Position numbers and translations under genes: made by a program. The notes beneath the pieces are model-generated. The model was not told the DNA's origin. It worked only from the letters and a program-made list of their open reading frames with translations, and made no database searches. Of a DNA stretch of 64,000 bases, positions 50,309 through 60,385 are shown in pieces. Source of the stretch: Alphaproteobacteria bacterium (lineage in GTDB: Bacteria; Pseudomonadota; Alphaproteobacteria; Bin95); the NCBI GenBank assembly GCA_965205265.1, contig CBDBGH010000003.1, forward strand, positions 5,248,001-5,312,000, in the 5' to 3' direction. Position 1 is the stretch's first letter. Each line of letters begins with the position of its first letter.

Positions 50309-51406
50309 TCAGGGCGGCGAAGGGTCAGCATCAAGCCGGTCGGGCGGGCCCGGCTCTGAGGACACCGCCCGATCGGCGGTGAACCTTGAGGCGAACGCCA
50401 GGAGCGGCGCGGGCAGGGCGGACAGATCGGGGTCGTCGAAAGCGAGCCCGAGATGCCCCGTCGCGATTGCGGCAACCAATTGCGCCTGTTCCCGGTCCCT
50501 TCGCCGCTTGAGGGGATCCCGGAACCGGACCTCCTCCACCATCCACTGCTTCTGCAGCGCATAGACCCGGGGATCCACCGTCACGATCCGGAGCGGGAAA
50601 CCTTGCTCGTCCAACGCGGTTGCCGTGAACTTCGGGGCATTGAGCAACCATTCCCCGTTGTCGATCGCGGAAGCTACCAGATCGTCGGGATGATCGGACA
50701 AGCCTCCTTGGCCTTCCCTCATGATCCTTTCATGATCCGCCGGCGCGACCAGATCGACCATGAAACGGCTTCCGTTCACCGCAGTGAACGATCTCTGCGG
50801 AACTTTTCGGAACGACCGGTCCACTCTTTGCAGCGCGCCGACAAGCCCCTTTTCCCCCACACGCCCGGAGAGGGCGAGCGAGCGGCGCGCATCATGCAGG
50901 AGGTCCAGATCGCCCGTGGCGAGAAGGGCGCTTCCGATGCGCAGGCCGGCCCGCGCCTCATAGGCGTAGAGCGCGCTCGTACCGATCACCGTCAGAGCGC
51001 CGCCCGCCCGCTCCGGCGGCCCCATCAAGCCCAGACTGTCGAGTTTCCGGATCACCCGGGCTGTCAGCAGCGGGACCCGCCCCGCGCCCCGGGCGCGCAG
51101 GACCGGGGCAAGTCTCGAAATTTCGCTCCGCAGCCGCTCGATCTGTTCCCTCGCCTGCATCTGGCCGTCGAGGAATCGCGACAGGATGGTTTCCGTATCG
51201 GCGCTCCGCCGCCCGAGGGAATTCTTCGTCGTGCTGCCATAAGGGCGCCGGATCAGGTATTCGGCGTTCCCGCGACGCTCGAATTTCATCGACCCGCCAA
51301 AGCTGTGCCGGGCCTCGGCAACCACATGCCGCAGTGCGTCATAGCATTCCCGCGCGTCGATCGTGTCACGCAGGGAATCGTGGTCCAAATGCTTGATATC
51401 CGGCAT
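50309..51406 (-). CDS. GSU2403-like nucleotidyltransferase-fold protein
   Basis: SLGRRS..TE; VIGT.ALYAYE; AT.DLDLL; DPR.YAL.K. Confidence 0.8.
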   Translation of the reverse strand: MPDIKHLDHDSLRDTIDARECYDALRHVVAEARHSFGGSMKFERRGNAEYLIRRPYGSTTKNSLGRRSADTETILSRFLDGQMQAREQIERLRSEISRLAPVLRARGAGRVPLLTARVIRKLDSLGLMGPPERAGGALTVIGTSALYAYEARAGLRIGSALLATGDLDLLHDARRSLALSGRVGEKGLVGALQRVDRSFRKVPQRSFTAVNGSRFMVDLVAPADHERIMREGQGGLSDHPDDLVASAIDNGEWLLNAPKFTATALDEQGFPLRIVTVDPRVYALQKQWMVEEVRFRDPLKRRRDREQAQLVAAIATGHLGLAFDDPDLSALPAPLLAFASRFTADRAVSSEPGPPDRLDADPSPP

Positions 51407-51470
51407 TTTACCAATTCAGGCTGCTTTTCGGACTTCTATTGGTAAAAACCGGTTCTTGTCAAAGGGCCGT

Positions 51471-52532
51471 TCAGGGCTGCGGGATATCCGTCGTCTCCGC
51501 CGGATCCGGCTGCTCTTCGCTGGACAATCCCGCCGCCAGCTCCTCAAGCACCCCGGCCAGTGCCGGACGGGCGGCCGCGAGCACGGCGATCGTCTCCCCC
51601 AGAAACGCCTCCGGGGCGGTTTCGGCGGTTGAGGCGCGGCCAGCCGTTTCCCGCAGCGCCGCCAGACATTCCCGGGCCTTGAAGACAGCCGATGCCCTGC
51701 TGTCGACGGATACGCTGGCGAAAGGGGGATCATGGGCAGCGGCGATCTCCCCGCCCAGCACCGGGACCATCGCCAGGAACCGACCGACCGCATGGGCGCA
51801 ACCCCGCGCGGTTACACCTCCATAGGGAGCCTCATGGTGTTTCTTCGTCTGACCGTCCATAGAGAGGATGTCGTCGGCCATGGCGCCGAGCCCGGCCTGC
51901 CGGGCCGTTCGCGCCAGCCGCTTGAGTTCGTGCGTCTTCGGGTACTCGACGCCTTGGCGCCCGAGCATCGCCTTCGCCAGCAACTCCGCCGCATCGGCCG
52001 AGGCGGCGGCGAAGGAATCGCACGCGGCGAGGTCGTCCCGCCACTGGCCGCTCCCGCCTAGGCCGAACGCCGCCAGAGCCGCGTGCTTCATGTGGTCGAG
52101 GGCGTCATAGACGAGGCGGGAGTATTCGTCGGGCTGCATCGAAAGGGGATCCTCCAGATTACGGCCGCAGGCCGGCCATGCTCCTGCCAGCAGCAGGCCG
52201 TCGCGCAGCACGCCGAGCGCCACATGGCCGATGGCCCGCGCCTTGCGCCGCGCCAACGGGACCGGCAGCGCGAGACACTGCACGTCGATCCCCGGGTCGA
52301 GAGAGCGGATCGGCAGACCTTCCGGGACCGCCTCCAGCTGCACGCCGTCTGCCGTGAGGAAGGCCACGTCCCAGTCGCTGTCGGAACGGTGGTCGCCCCG
52401 GGCGCGCGAGCCGAACAGCACCGCCGCCTTTGCCTCCGGCCAGACCGTCAGCGTCTCCTCGGCCGCCTGTTCGATCAGGGCCAGGACGGCCTCATCCGGA
52501 GCCTGTGCCGCTCTGTCCGCAAGCCTCTCCAT
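51471..52532 (-). CDS. Minimal nucleotidyltransferase-HEPN fusion protein
   Basis: LFGSRARGD...SDWDVA; AAE...KA.L...G..YPKTH.L..L. Confidence 0.8.
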   Translation of the reverse strand: MERLADRAAQAPDEAVLALIEQAAEETLTVWPEAKAAVLFGSRARGDHRSDSDWDVAFLTADGVQLEAVPEGLPIRSLDPGIDVQCLALPVPLARRKARAIGHVALGVLRDGLLLAGAWPACGRNLEDPLSMQPDEYSRLVYDALDHMKHAALAAFGLGGSGQWRDDLAACDSFAAASADAAELLAKAMLGRQGVEYPKTHELKRLARTARQAGLGAMADDILSMDGQTKKHHEAPYGGVTARGCAHAVGRFLAMVPVLGGEIAAAHDPPFASVSVDSRASAVFKARECLAALRETAGRASTAETAPEAFLGETIAVLAAARPALAGVLEELAAGLSSEEQPDPAETTDIPQP

Positions 52533-52764
52533 AACGACGCAAAATCTAACCGGCGGCAGGAATGCGCGCAACGTCCCCGGAGGTGGTTCAGATCGGCTCG
52601 CGCGCCCGGGGCGTCCGCCACTCCTTCGCAGGCCGCTACTGTCTGGCGGCACTGCGGGGGACGGCCGCTCATCCAGATGACGGCCGCGAGGACATCCATC
52701 AGGTAGTTCCTTCGCTTTCCGGAGATTGAGCCGGGCATTTGGCGACACGCCCCGACGCGGCCGC

Positions 52765-53110
52765 TCACGGAGACGGTTCGGAAGCCGAGGCCGGATCCGG
52801 GTTGGGGAAAGCCACAGGCGTCACATCCATGGAAAGGCTCCTGTCCTCATCATGCTCTGGCAGATACGCAACCACCTCATGCAATGTGGCCTGGCCGCCC
52901 GGGTACATGATGCGGATGAGGATGTCGTCGCAATACAGACCCTTCCAGCCGGGATGGGTCTTGTCGAGGATTTCCAGCGCCCGGCGGGCAACGTCCTTCT
53001 CGACAGCCTCGTCCAGGAAGAGTATCTCCCCGCCGCCCGTCGGCTGCGCACTGATATCGGGCGCGCCCACGGCCCTGGCGCCGGACGCCTCGAAGGATAT
53101 CTCAAGCCAT
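52765..53110 (-). pseudogene. Probably 5'-truncated hypothetical gene
   Basis: Open frame without a good start, abutting a fragment on the opposite strand; ends SEPSP. Confidence 0.45.
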
Positions 53111-53117
53111 CCGCGAG

Positions 53118-54123
53118 GTGTACACGCCCTATTCGGATGCCGCGAAGCGGTATATCGAGCGCGCCCCGGCGCTCGCGCAACGCGCGGCGGCGGCGTGGCG
53201 CGACCTGCAGCTCGATATCGACAGGGGCTGGGAGGAATACACCCGGGCCAGCGACCGGTTTGTGCAGATTCATGTCGACATGGCCGAGAGAGGTCTGGCG
53301 CAGAGACTCCGGAGGTTCTTCGACAAGCGCACGCGCTGCCGCGGGAAAAGGGACTGCGTCGAGCGGCTCGATCGCCGGTACGAACAGGAAATGCGCCGGT
53401 TGTTCCAGGACCCGCCGCCCTGGACCGTTTTCTGCCGGGAAGCCTCGGTGCTCGACAAGGTCGTCAGGAAGAAAGGGAGAGGGCTGTCCATCGACATCAA
53501 CCCGCTGACGGTGTTCAGGACCGGTTACCGGTGCAGCACATCGCCCCGGGATGTAGGACTGGCGCTCGCCTTCTCGCAACAGGAGACCTTCGAGAAGGAT
53601 GTCGCGAACCCGGCCGGATTCCCCTTCGGCATGACCGAGGACGCTTGGCGCGGCAGCGCGCGCCTGGCCGGGCAGGTTCGCGCCGGACTCGAGCAACAGC
53701 ACGGACTGTCGCTCCCCCGCGACTGGTCGCTGCATGACCAGGAGGCGTTCTATGCCGCATATCGCGACCACGCCGACGGTGAGGCCCTGAAGGGGTGGCG
53801 GACGCGGAGCAGGCAGCTGTTCGGGGCGGTCGTGCCTGCCGGTCTGAGCCTGGACGGCCTTACCCGGACGCCGACGGTGCAGGAACGGCTTCGGCAAGGC
53901 CTGGGAGCCGACTATGTGGACGGCTTCGTGTTCTCCTGGTCCGAAGAAGCCTATGTGCGAAACGTGGTTCATCCCTTGATCGAGCGCCGGATCCGCGAGG
54001 CGTTGTCAGCGTTCGAAGCGGGGGCTCGGGACTACCGCGACGGTGCCCCATATGCCGAGGCGGGGAAGGACATGTTCCGGGCTGCAATAGTGCCCGCGAT
54101 CGCGGTATGCCTCTCCCTCTTCT
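53118..54123 (+). pseudogene. Internal fragment of a membrane-associated protein, cut by IS66
   Basis: GC3-biased ORF; TM helix interrupted at IS66 end GTAAGCG. Confidence 0.55.
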
Positions 54124-55205
54124 GTAAGCGATGCGGGCGGGTCACCCGGATTTCAGCTTGACGACGGCTTGAAGTTCCAGGGGAGCAGGTCGTCGATGCG
54201 GTCGTTGGGATAGCCGGCCGCGATAGCTTCGAGGGTGGCCTTGAGCCAGGCGTAGGGCTCGACCCCGTTCAACCTGGCGGTCTGGGTGAGTGAAGCGATC
54301 CGGCCCCAGGCGACCGCGCCTTCGTCGTGACCCGCGAAGAGTGCATTTTTCCTTGTAAGGGCAATCGGCCGGGCGAGATTCTCGACGGCATTGCTGTCCA
54401 TCTCGACGCGGCCGTCGGCGAGGAACAGCCGGAGGCCGTCCCAGTGGCGGGCGATATAGGCGAGTTTCTCGCCGAGGCGGGACTTGGGCGAGACGCGGGC
54501 GCGCTGCTGCTTCAGCCAGTCGCCGAAGGCCTCGACCAGGGGCGCGGACTGCGCCTGCCGTTCTGCGAGACGCTGCTCGGGCGGGTTGCCGCGGATGTCG
54601 GCCTCGATGGCGTAGAGCTCGGCGATCCGGCGCAGGCCCTCGGCCGCGATCTCGGAGCCGCTGCTGTCATAGATCTCGCGCAGGCGGCGCCTCGCGTGGG
54701 ACCAGCAGTAAGCCAGCCGTATCGGTGCGCCGCCCTTGCGGGTCCGGCCGGTCAGCCGGTTGTAACCGGCATAGCCGTCCACTTGGAGGATACCGTCGAA
54801 GCCGTCGAGGAAGCGCTCGGCATATTCACCGCCGCGCCCGGGCGCATAGAAGTACACAACGCCCGGCGGGTCGGGTCCGCTCCAGGCACGGTCGTCGCGG
54901 GCCAGCGCCCACAGCCAGCCGGTCTTGGTCCTGCCGCGGCCCGGATCGAGCACCGGCGCCCGCGTCTCGTCCATGAACAGCTTCGAAGAGCGCTTGAGAT
55001 GCTCCGCCAGCCGGTCGGCCACTGGCTTCAGATGGAACGACGCCCTGCCGACCCAGCCGGCCAGCGTCGAGCGGTCCAGATCGAGGCCGGAACGGGCATA
55101 GACCTGCGACTGCCGGTGCAACGGGCAATGGTCCAGGTATTTGGAGACGAGCACATGGGCGATCGCGCCTTCGGTCGGCAACCCGCCCTCGATCAGCCGG
55201 GCCGG
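54124..55205 (-). mobile_element. IS66 remnant (right end plus 3' part of transposase)
   Basis: GTAAGCG terminus; K..DH.PL.RQ, MDET, DGY.GY, CW.H.RR, D.N.VE, RKN.LF.G. Confidence 0.9.
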
Positions 55206-55879
55206 CCATAGGCGCGCATGAGCGCGACCAGCCGACCCTGCACCTGCACGCGCTCCGGCTCGTAGGCTTCCGGCGGAGGGGCGGCATTCACCGTTTCCAG
55301 CACGACGTGTCCGTCCACCGGACGCCAGATTCCCAGTGCCGCCTCCCGTGAATCCACCAGTGCCACGACGATCTCCCCGCTCTCGGCTTCGCCGCACTCA
55401 TGGATGATGAGGGTATCGCCGTCCATGATGCCGGCATCGACCATCGAATCGCCGGCGACCGTGAGCGCATAGCAGCGTCCGTCGCCAATCATCCCCTGCG
55501 GCACGGACAGGGTGCCCTCGGGCTCGCGCAGGGCCTCGACCGGCATGCTGGCGGCCATGGGGCCATAGAGCGGCAATTCCTTCTGGGCCGCCGCGGCAGG
55601 GTCCACACGTCCGCGAAAGCCCGAGCGCCCCCGGGCATGGCCGAGGCCCCCGAGGGCATCTCCCGGCTCCGGCAGGCGGATGACTTCCAGGGCGCGGCTC
55701 AGCTTCGGAAAGCGCCGGACGAAACCCCGTCTCTCCAATGCCGCCACCAGCCTGTGGACGGTGCCCTTGGAGCGGAGACCCATCGCTTCCTTCATCTCTT
55801 CGAAGGAAGGCGCAATGCCGTCCTTGGAGTCGCGCAGGAAGATGAACCGCAGAAGTTCGTTCTGGCGTTCCGTCAACAT
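55193..55879 (-). CDS. lexA: LexA repressor homolog, predicted non-cleavable
   Basis: MLT.RQ..LL.FI, PSFEEM...GL.SK..VHRL..LE.RG; GDSM; AG site is AS and catalytic K is G. Confidence 0.88.
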   Translation of the reverse strand: MLTERQNELLRFIFLRDSKDGIAPSFEEMKEAMGLRSKGTVHRLVAALERRGFVRRFPKLSRALEVIRLPEPGDALGGLGHARGRSGFRGRVDPAAAAQKELPLYGPMAASMPVEALREPEGTLSVPQGMIGDGRCYALTVAGDSMVDAGIMDGDTLIIHECGEAESGEIVVALVDSREAALGIWRPVDGHVVLETVNAAPPPEAYEPERVQVQGRLVALMRAYGRPG

Positions 55880-55942
55880 GACTCCATAGCTCCGGGAATC
55901 CCCTTGCGCGGGGTCGCCCTGCTCTTCGCCCCTCCGGCATTT

Positions 55943-55957
55943 GTTCTATATAAGTTC
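55943..55957. promoter_or_regulatory. Alphaproteobacterial SOS box
   Basis: GTTC-TATATAA-GTTC upstream of lexA. Confidence 0.8.
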
Positions 55958-56187
55958 GCCGCGGGCGTCAAGCGGCGCTTCGGAGCGGGCCGCCGGCACA
56001 GGGGGCACAGGGGACACCCGGAGCCCCGTCCGGCACGGCACCGGTCCCCGGGACGAGCTGCCTGCCCGGGCAATTCGCGCCGGCATGCAAAATGCCGACC
56101 TGGATGAAACCGCACCGCTAGGGCAGGAATCCTTGCACCTCCAGTGAAAACCGCCTATCTCATGAACGTGGAAAAGAGGAGGGCATC

Positions 56188-56406
56188 ATGTCACGCGAAG
56201 ACGCCATCGCGTTCCTCGCCCGGGCCGAGGAAAGATACGGCCTGAAGGTCTTCGAGAATATCTGCGAGCGAACCGTCGGGCAACGCCCGCTCGGACGGCG
56301 CCTCCGGGTTGTGGGCGAGGCGATCATGGAACGGACCGACTATGAAGGATACCTCCTGGGCCGCAGGCTGGTCGCCGCCGCGGCCGAGGTGGACGGACAG
56401 TGCTGA
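56188..56406 (+). CDS. Small protein, putative antitoxin partner
   Basis: GAGGAGG RBS; overlaps next gene. Confidence 0.6.
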   Translation: MSREDAIAFLARAEERYGLKVFENICERTVGQRPLGRRLRVVGEAIMERTDYEGYLLGRRLVAAAAEVDGQC

Positions 56407-57221
56407 CCGCGATCCAGTCCCGTGCCGCCCGGATCATGGCGGCAAACAGGTCGGAGGAGAGCTATTTCGCGGGCGGGGCGGTTCTCAACGAGCACACGGA
56501 ACGCGTGTCGGATGACCTGGATGTCTTTCATGACACCGAAGAGGCGATGGACGACATCTGCCGCAAGGACATGCAGGCACTGGAGGCCGCCGGCCTCGAC
56601 GTCATCGTCGTCATCGACGTCTGGGGCTGCATCGAGGCCAGGGTCCGTGACGAGGCTCGCAGGGAAACCGTCGTCCAGTGGATGCCCGAGAGCCGGATGC
56701 GTTTTTTCCCGCTGGTGGCCGATCCGCTCTGGGGCGTTCGGCTGCATCGTTCCGACCTGGCGGTCAACAAGGCCATCGCCGCATCGTCAAGGAGGAGGAC
56801 CCGCGACGCGGCGGACCTGGTCCTGATCTCGCGTCATTATTGCCCCTTGGGTCCGTTGTTCCTGGCCGCATCGCTCAAGCTGGACCTGTCTCCCATCGTG
56901 CTGGTGGACATGGCCCGGCAGAGAATGGCCGGGGCGTCCAACGAAGAACTCGGGGAACTCCGCACGGTGATTGGCGGCCAGAACGCCGGCGAGATCAAGA
57001 GCGCCGGATTTGCCGCACTGGATTCCGCGGAGACTTTCCTGCGCGGCCTCCCGGACCGCATGGTGGGTGGACTGCCTGTCAAGGCCGACGGCGCGCCAAC
57101 GGACAGGGTGGAGGACATGGCCTTTCTCCGGCCCGTCACGGACGGCGGCGGCCGCTTCCCGGACTTCCCGGAGACTCCGCCGGAATTCAGCGACGCGGGA
57201 GGCATGGGCGGCGGGCCGTAA
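56400..57221 (+). CDS. AbiEii-like nucleotidyltransferase
   Basis: YFAGG..LN...R.S.DLD.F; DLA.NK..A...R...RD..D. Confidence 0.78.
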   Translation: MLTAIQSRAARIMAANRSEESYFAGGAVLNEHTERVSDDLDVFHDTEEAMDDICRKDMQALEAAGLDVIVVIDVWGCIEARVRDEARRETVVQWMPESRMRFFPLVADPLWGVRLHRSDLAVNKAIAASSRRRTRDAADLVLISRHYCPLGPLFLAASLKLDLSPIVLVDMARQRMAGASNEELGELRTVIGGQNAGEIKSAGFAALDSAETFLRGLPDRMVGGLPVKADGAPTDRVEDMAFLRPVTDGGGRFPDFPETPPEFSDAGGMGGGP

Positions 57222-57656
57222 CACCGGCTTCGGCCCAGCCATTCCCGGCTCCTGCACGGCCCTCCTTTCGATTCTTGCCCCGACAGGCTTCGGTATAGGC
57301 GCCTGTCGGCTGCGTCGCGGGACGGAGAGGATGCGCCGCAGCAGCGCGAGCGGCCTCAATCCGTGAAGCTGTCAGACACGTCACCGGCTCCGCCGGAGTG
57401 AATCAGCTTGCCTTTCCCGTCCATAGTGTATTCGGGAGGCGCCCAGTATATCGCATGCAGGCAGTCCTCCGCCCCGACCGCATTGCCGTGCATCTCGCAT
57501 CCGCCACCGAACCAGGCGATCGCCGTCCTCCCGTTCCTGACCGCGCTCGCCGCCGGTGCGCCGCTCGTCCCGATCTCCGCAATCCGGCGGACGACGGGCC
57601 TTGTAGTGGCAGCTCTTGCGGCGGCAGCCCTGCTGCGGACGTCGGAAAGCCGTCGG

Positions 57657-57989
57657 CTACTTCAGCATGTAGGCGACAGTCATGCCCACCCCGTAACCGA
57701 TCAGGAACGGAACGAAGAACGCCGCCGGACGGGGCTGGGAGTCGTGATAGTGAGTGACGTGGGCCTCCCAGGCATAGATGTCGACCGGTGCTTCCGGAGC
57801 AAGCTGCTCCAGATAGGTGGCGGTCCCGTCGCGAAGCGAACCGGCGCCGGGGTTCGAGCCGAGCATATCGGCAACCGCGTTGGCCGCGTCTTGAAGATCC
57901 TCGCGAGAGACAGCGGCGAGCTTGGCCTTCGCGTGGTCCGCGAGCTGAAGGTTCGCTATCGTGCTGCCGTTGGTGCTTGCAGTAGCCAT
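57657..57989 (-). CDS. Small protein with hydrophobic C-terminal peptide (bacteriocin-precursor-like)
   Basis: GGAGGA RBS; ends PAAFFVPFLIGYGVGMTVAYMLK. Confidence 0.55.
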   Translation of the reverse strand: MATASTNGSTIANLQLADHAKAKLAAVSREDLQDAANAVADMLGSNPGAGSLRDGTATYLEQLAPEAPVDIYAWEAHVTHYHDSQPRPAAFFVPFLIGYGVGMTVAYMLK

Positions 57990-58351
57990 GGGGCGTGTTC
58001 CTCCGGACACAGGGTTGGCGGCTGAAGTCTCCGGGAGAAGCCTAGTCCGGCGCACCGGGAAAGTGCAACTCCCGGACCTGAATTGCCGGAACGCCGAGGT
58101 GCGGGCGGACATGGTCATGCGGACCGGGAACATTCCGCCAGGACGCTGCCGGCGACGCTGAAACACCGGGAGAGCGGGAAGGCTCCTGATGGCCCGAGTA
58201 GCCCGAGTGAACTGCCGCTGCGACCGAACGCGCATCGCATGGTCCATTTTCGGCGCGCCCAGGTCGGTTAGTATTCCCTGTGGGCGCGGCCCGATCCACC
58301 CGAAAGACGGGCGCAGCGGAGCCGCCGCACAAACCCTGGGAGGAAAGGAAA

Positions 58352-59688
58352 GGGGCTTACAAAGGTAAGTTGACATTGCCGTGTATCGTATCCAGTTCGG
58401 CCGCATGAGCGAGGTCTTCACGCACCGTCAGGTGGTATTCCGGCTTCTGCCGGGCCGCCGGTCCGTTTGGCGGCGTCTGGAGCGGGTTCTGGAGGCGCAG
58501 CGGCAGTTGTACAACGCCGCCCTTCAGGAACGCTGCGACGCCTGGCGTCTGGCCGGGCGGTCGCTCTCCTATATCGACCAGGCGAAGAGCCTGACGGTGT
58601 GCCGCCGGGAGGACCCCGAGATGGCGGCCGTTCCGGTCGCCGTGCAGCGCGGGACGCTGAAGCGCCTGGACGAGGCGATGAAGGGCTTCTTCCGGCGGGT
58701 GAAGGCGGGCCAGAAGCCGGGTTTTCCCCGGTTCCGGTCCCGCCGGCGGTTCGACAGCCTCTCCTTCGTCTCGGGGGTGAGGCTGGAGGACCGGGCCCGG
58801 CCCGGCGCGGACTGCGGGTCCGGCGCGGCCTGCCTGCGCCTTCCGGGTTTCGGCCCGCTTGCGGTCCGCCGGCGGGGCGGCAACCCGCATGGGGATGGCG
58901 AGCCGGTCTCGGCGGTGCTGAAGCGCGAGGCCGGCAAGTGGTACGCCGTGGTCTGCTACCGGGTCCCGGCGCCGGCGGTCCACGAGGATGACGACAGCGT
59001 CATCGGGGTGGACATGAACGCTGGCCAGGTGGCGGCGAGCGGTCCGGGGCCGGAAGCCCGCCTGTTCCATGCCCCGGATACGCGGCGGCTGGAGGCGAGG
59101 GCGAAGCGCCTTGCCCGGCGTCTGGCGCGCCAGAAGCGCGGCTCCGGGCGCCGGGAGCGCACCCGCGCCCGTCTGGCGAAGACGAGGCGGCGCCTTTCCG
59201 GGATGCGGTGCGACTGGCGCCACCATGTCTCGCGGACAGTCGCCGACGCCGCCCATACCGTCGCCGTCGAGGACCTCCGGGTCCGGAACATGACGCGCAG
59301 CGCCCGGGGCACGACAGAGGAGCCGGGCGCCCGGGTCCGGCAGAAGGCCGGGCTCAACCGCGTCATCCTGGCCACGGGATGGGCGGAACTGCGCTTCATG
59401 TTCGGCTACAAGGCGGGACGGCTGCTCGCGGTCGACCCGGCCCATACCAGCCGGACCTGCGCCGCCTGCGGCCATGTCGATGCCGGCTCGCGGCGTTCGC
59501 GGGCCGAATTCCAGTGCACGGCCTGCGGCCATGCGGACCATGCCGACGCGAATGCCGGCAGCAACATCCGGCGTCGGGGACTGGCGCTGCTGCACGGGGA
59601 GGGGCGTTCCGGCTTGCGGACCCCTGCGATCCGTGAAAACGCAGGGATGCTGGCGGCATGACGCCGTCAACTCATCTTTGTAAGGCCC
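58352..59688 (+). mobile_element. Non-autonomous TIR element carrying tnpB, copy 3
   Basis: Same TIRs; 8-bp TSD AAAGGAAA. Confidence 0.95.
58405..59661 (+). CDS. tnpB: TnpB endonuclease
   Basis: Protein identical to copy 1. Confidence 0.93.
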   Translation: MSEVFTHRQVVFRLLPGRRSVWRRLERVLEAQRQLYNAALQERCDAWRLAGRSLSYIDQAKSLTVCRREDPEMAAVPVAVQRGTLKRLDEAMKGFFRRVKAGQKPGFPRFRSRRRFDSLSFVSGVRLEDRARPGADCGSGAACLRLPGFGPLAVRRRGGNPHGDGEPVSAVLKREAGKWYAVVCYRVPAPAVHEDDDSVIGVDMNAGQVAASGPGPEARLFHAPDTRRLEARAKRLARRLARQKRGSGRRERTRARLAKTRRRLSGMRCDWRHHVSRTVADAAHTVAVEDLRVRNMTRSARGTTEEPGARVRQKAGLNRVILATGWAELRFMFGYKAGRLLAVDPAHTSRTCAACGHVDAGSRRSRAEFQCTACGHADHADANAGSNIRRRGLALLHGEGRSGLRTPAIRENAGMLAA

Positions 59689-59701
59689 AAAGGAAACCAT
59701 C

Positions 59702-60151
59702 ATGCGCAAGGGATACACGGTCCTTCTGGCGGCATGCCTCGCAATCGCCGCGCTGCAGGGGTGCACGCATTCAACCGGGTCGCCGGAGAAACGGTTGGAA
59801 GGGGTCGTAAAGACCCAGCCTGAAACCGAGTCGTCCGACAAGCAGTGCAGGACGCAATTCAGGCTGGTCGACACGCACGCCGACGCCCGGGACTACAGGA
59901 GGGCGCTCACCAAGGTCCAGGAAATCGACTGCCCGGTGTGGAAGGACAAGGGTTATCGGTCAATTGCCAGGTCGCTCCGGCGCTATGCCACCGAAGCACG
60001 GAAGGAGCAGCAATTCGCGGCAGCCCGGGATCTTCTTGAGAAGGCGAGGCGCGTAGCGGAGCATATCAGGGATCCCGAGATGCAACTTTCCGTGTTCCGA
60101 GCCATCGAGAGGGCTGCGGAACTGGTGGAAAGGGATATGCGGCGGTCGTAG
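59702..60151 (+). CDS. Putative lipoprotein
   Basis: MRK + hydrophobic stretch + LQGC lipobox. Confidence 0.7.
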   Translation: MRKGYTVLLAACLAIAALQGCTHSTGSPEKRLEGVVKTQPETESSDKQCRTQFRLVDTHADARDYRRALTKVQEIDCPVWKDKGYRSIARSLRRYATEARKEQQFAAARDLLEKARRVAEHIRDPEMQLSVFRAIERAAELVERDMRRS

Positions 60152-60385
60152 CACCGGCCCGGCGATGATCCTGAAGGCTGCGGGGCTGACGGCGGCCGCA
60201 CGCAAAAGCCTGCCGGCGTGGAGTTCCTCCGCGCGGCTTGCCCGCCGGCACGTTTCCGGGCAGAGTCCTGATGGCGGGGGCGGCCCCGCCATTCGCTGTT
60301 TGACACCGTCGAGAAGTGTGACGCCATCAGGTCGGAACGGTCCGGCATGCGGCGACTTTCGTCCACATGGCGTTACGGGACGGGC

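Noticed and set aside
54153-55397. 414-aa ORF as a full IS66 transposase
   Set aside because: N-terminal part is an alternative frame of lexA; the element is truncated
58200-58345. c-di-GMP-like riboswitch upstream of the lipoprotein gene
   Set aside because: Some complementarity and a GAAA-containing hairpin, but consensus nucleotides do not match
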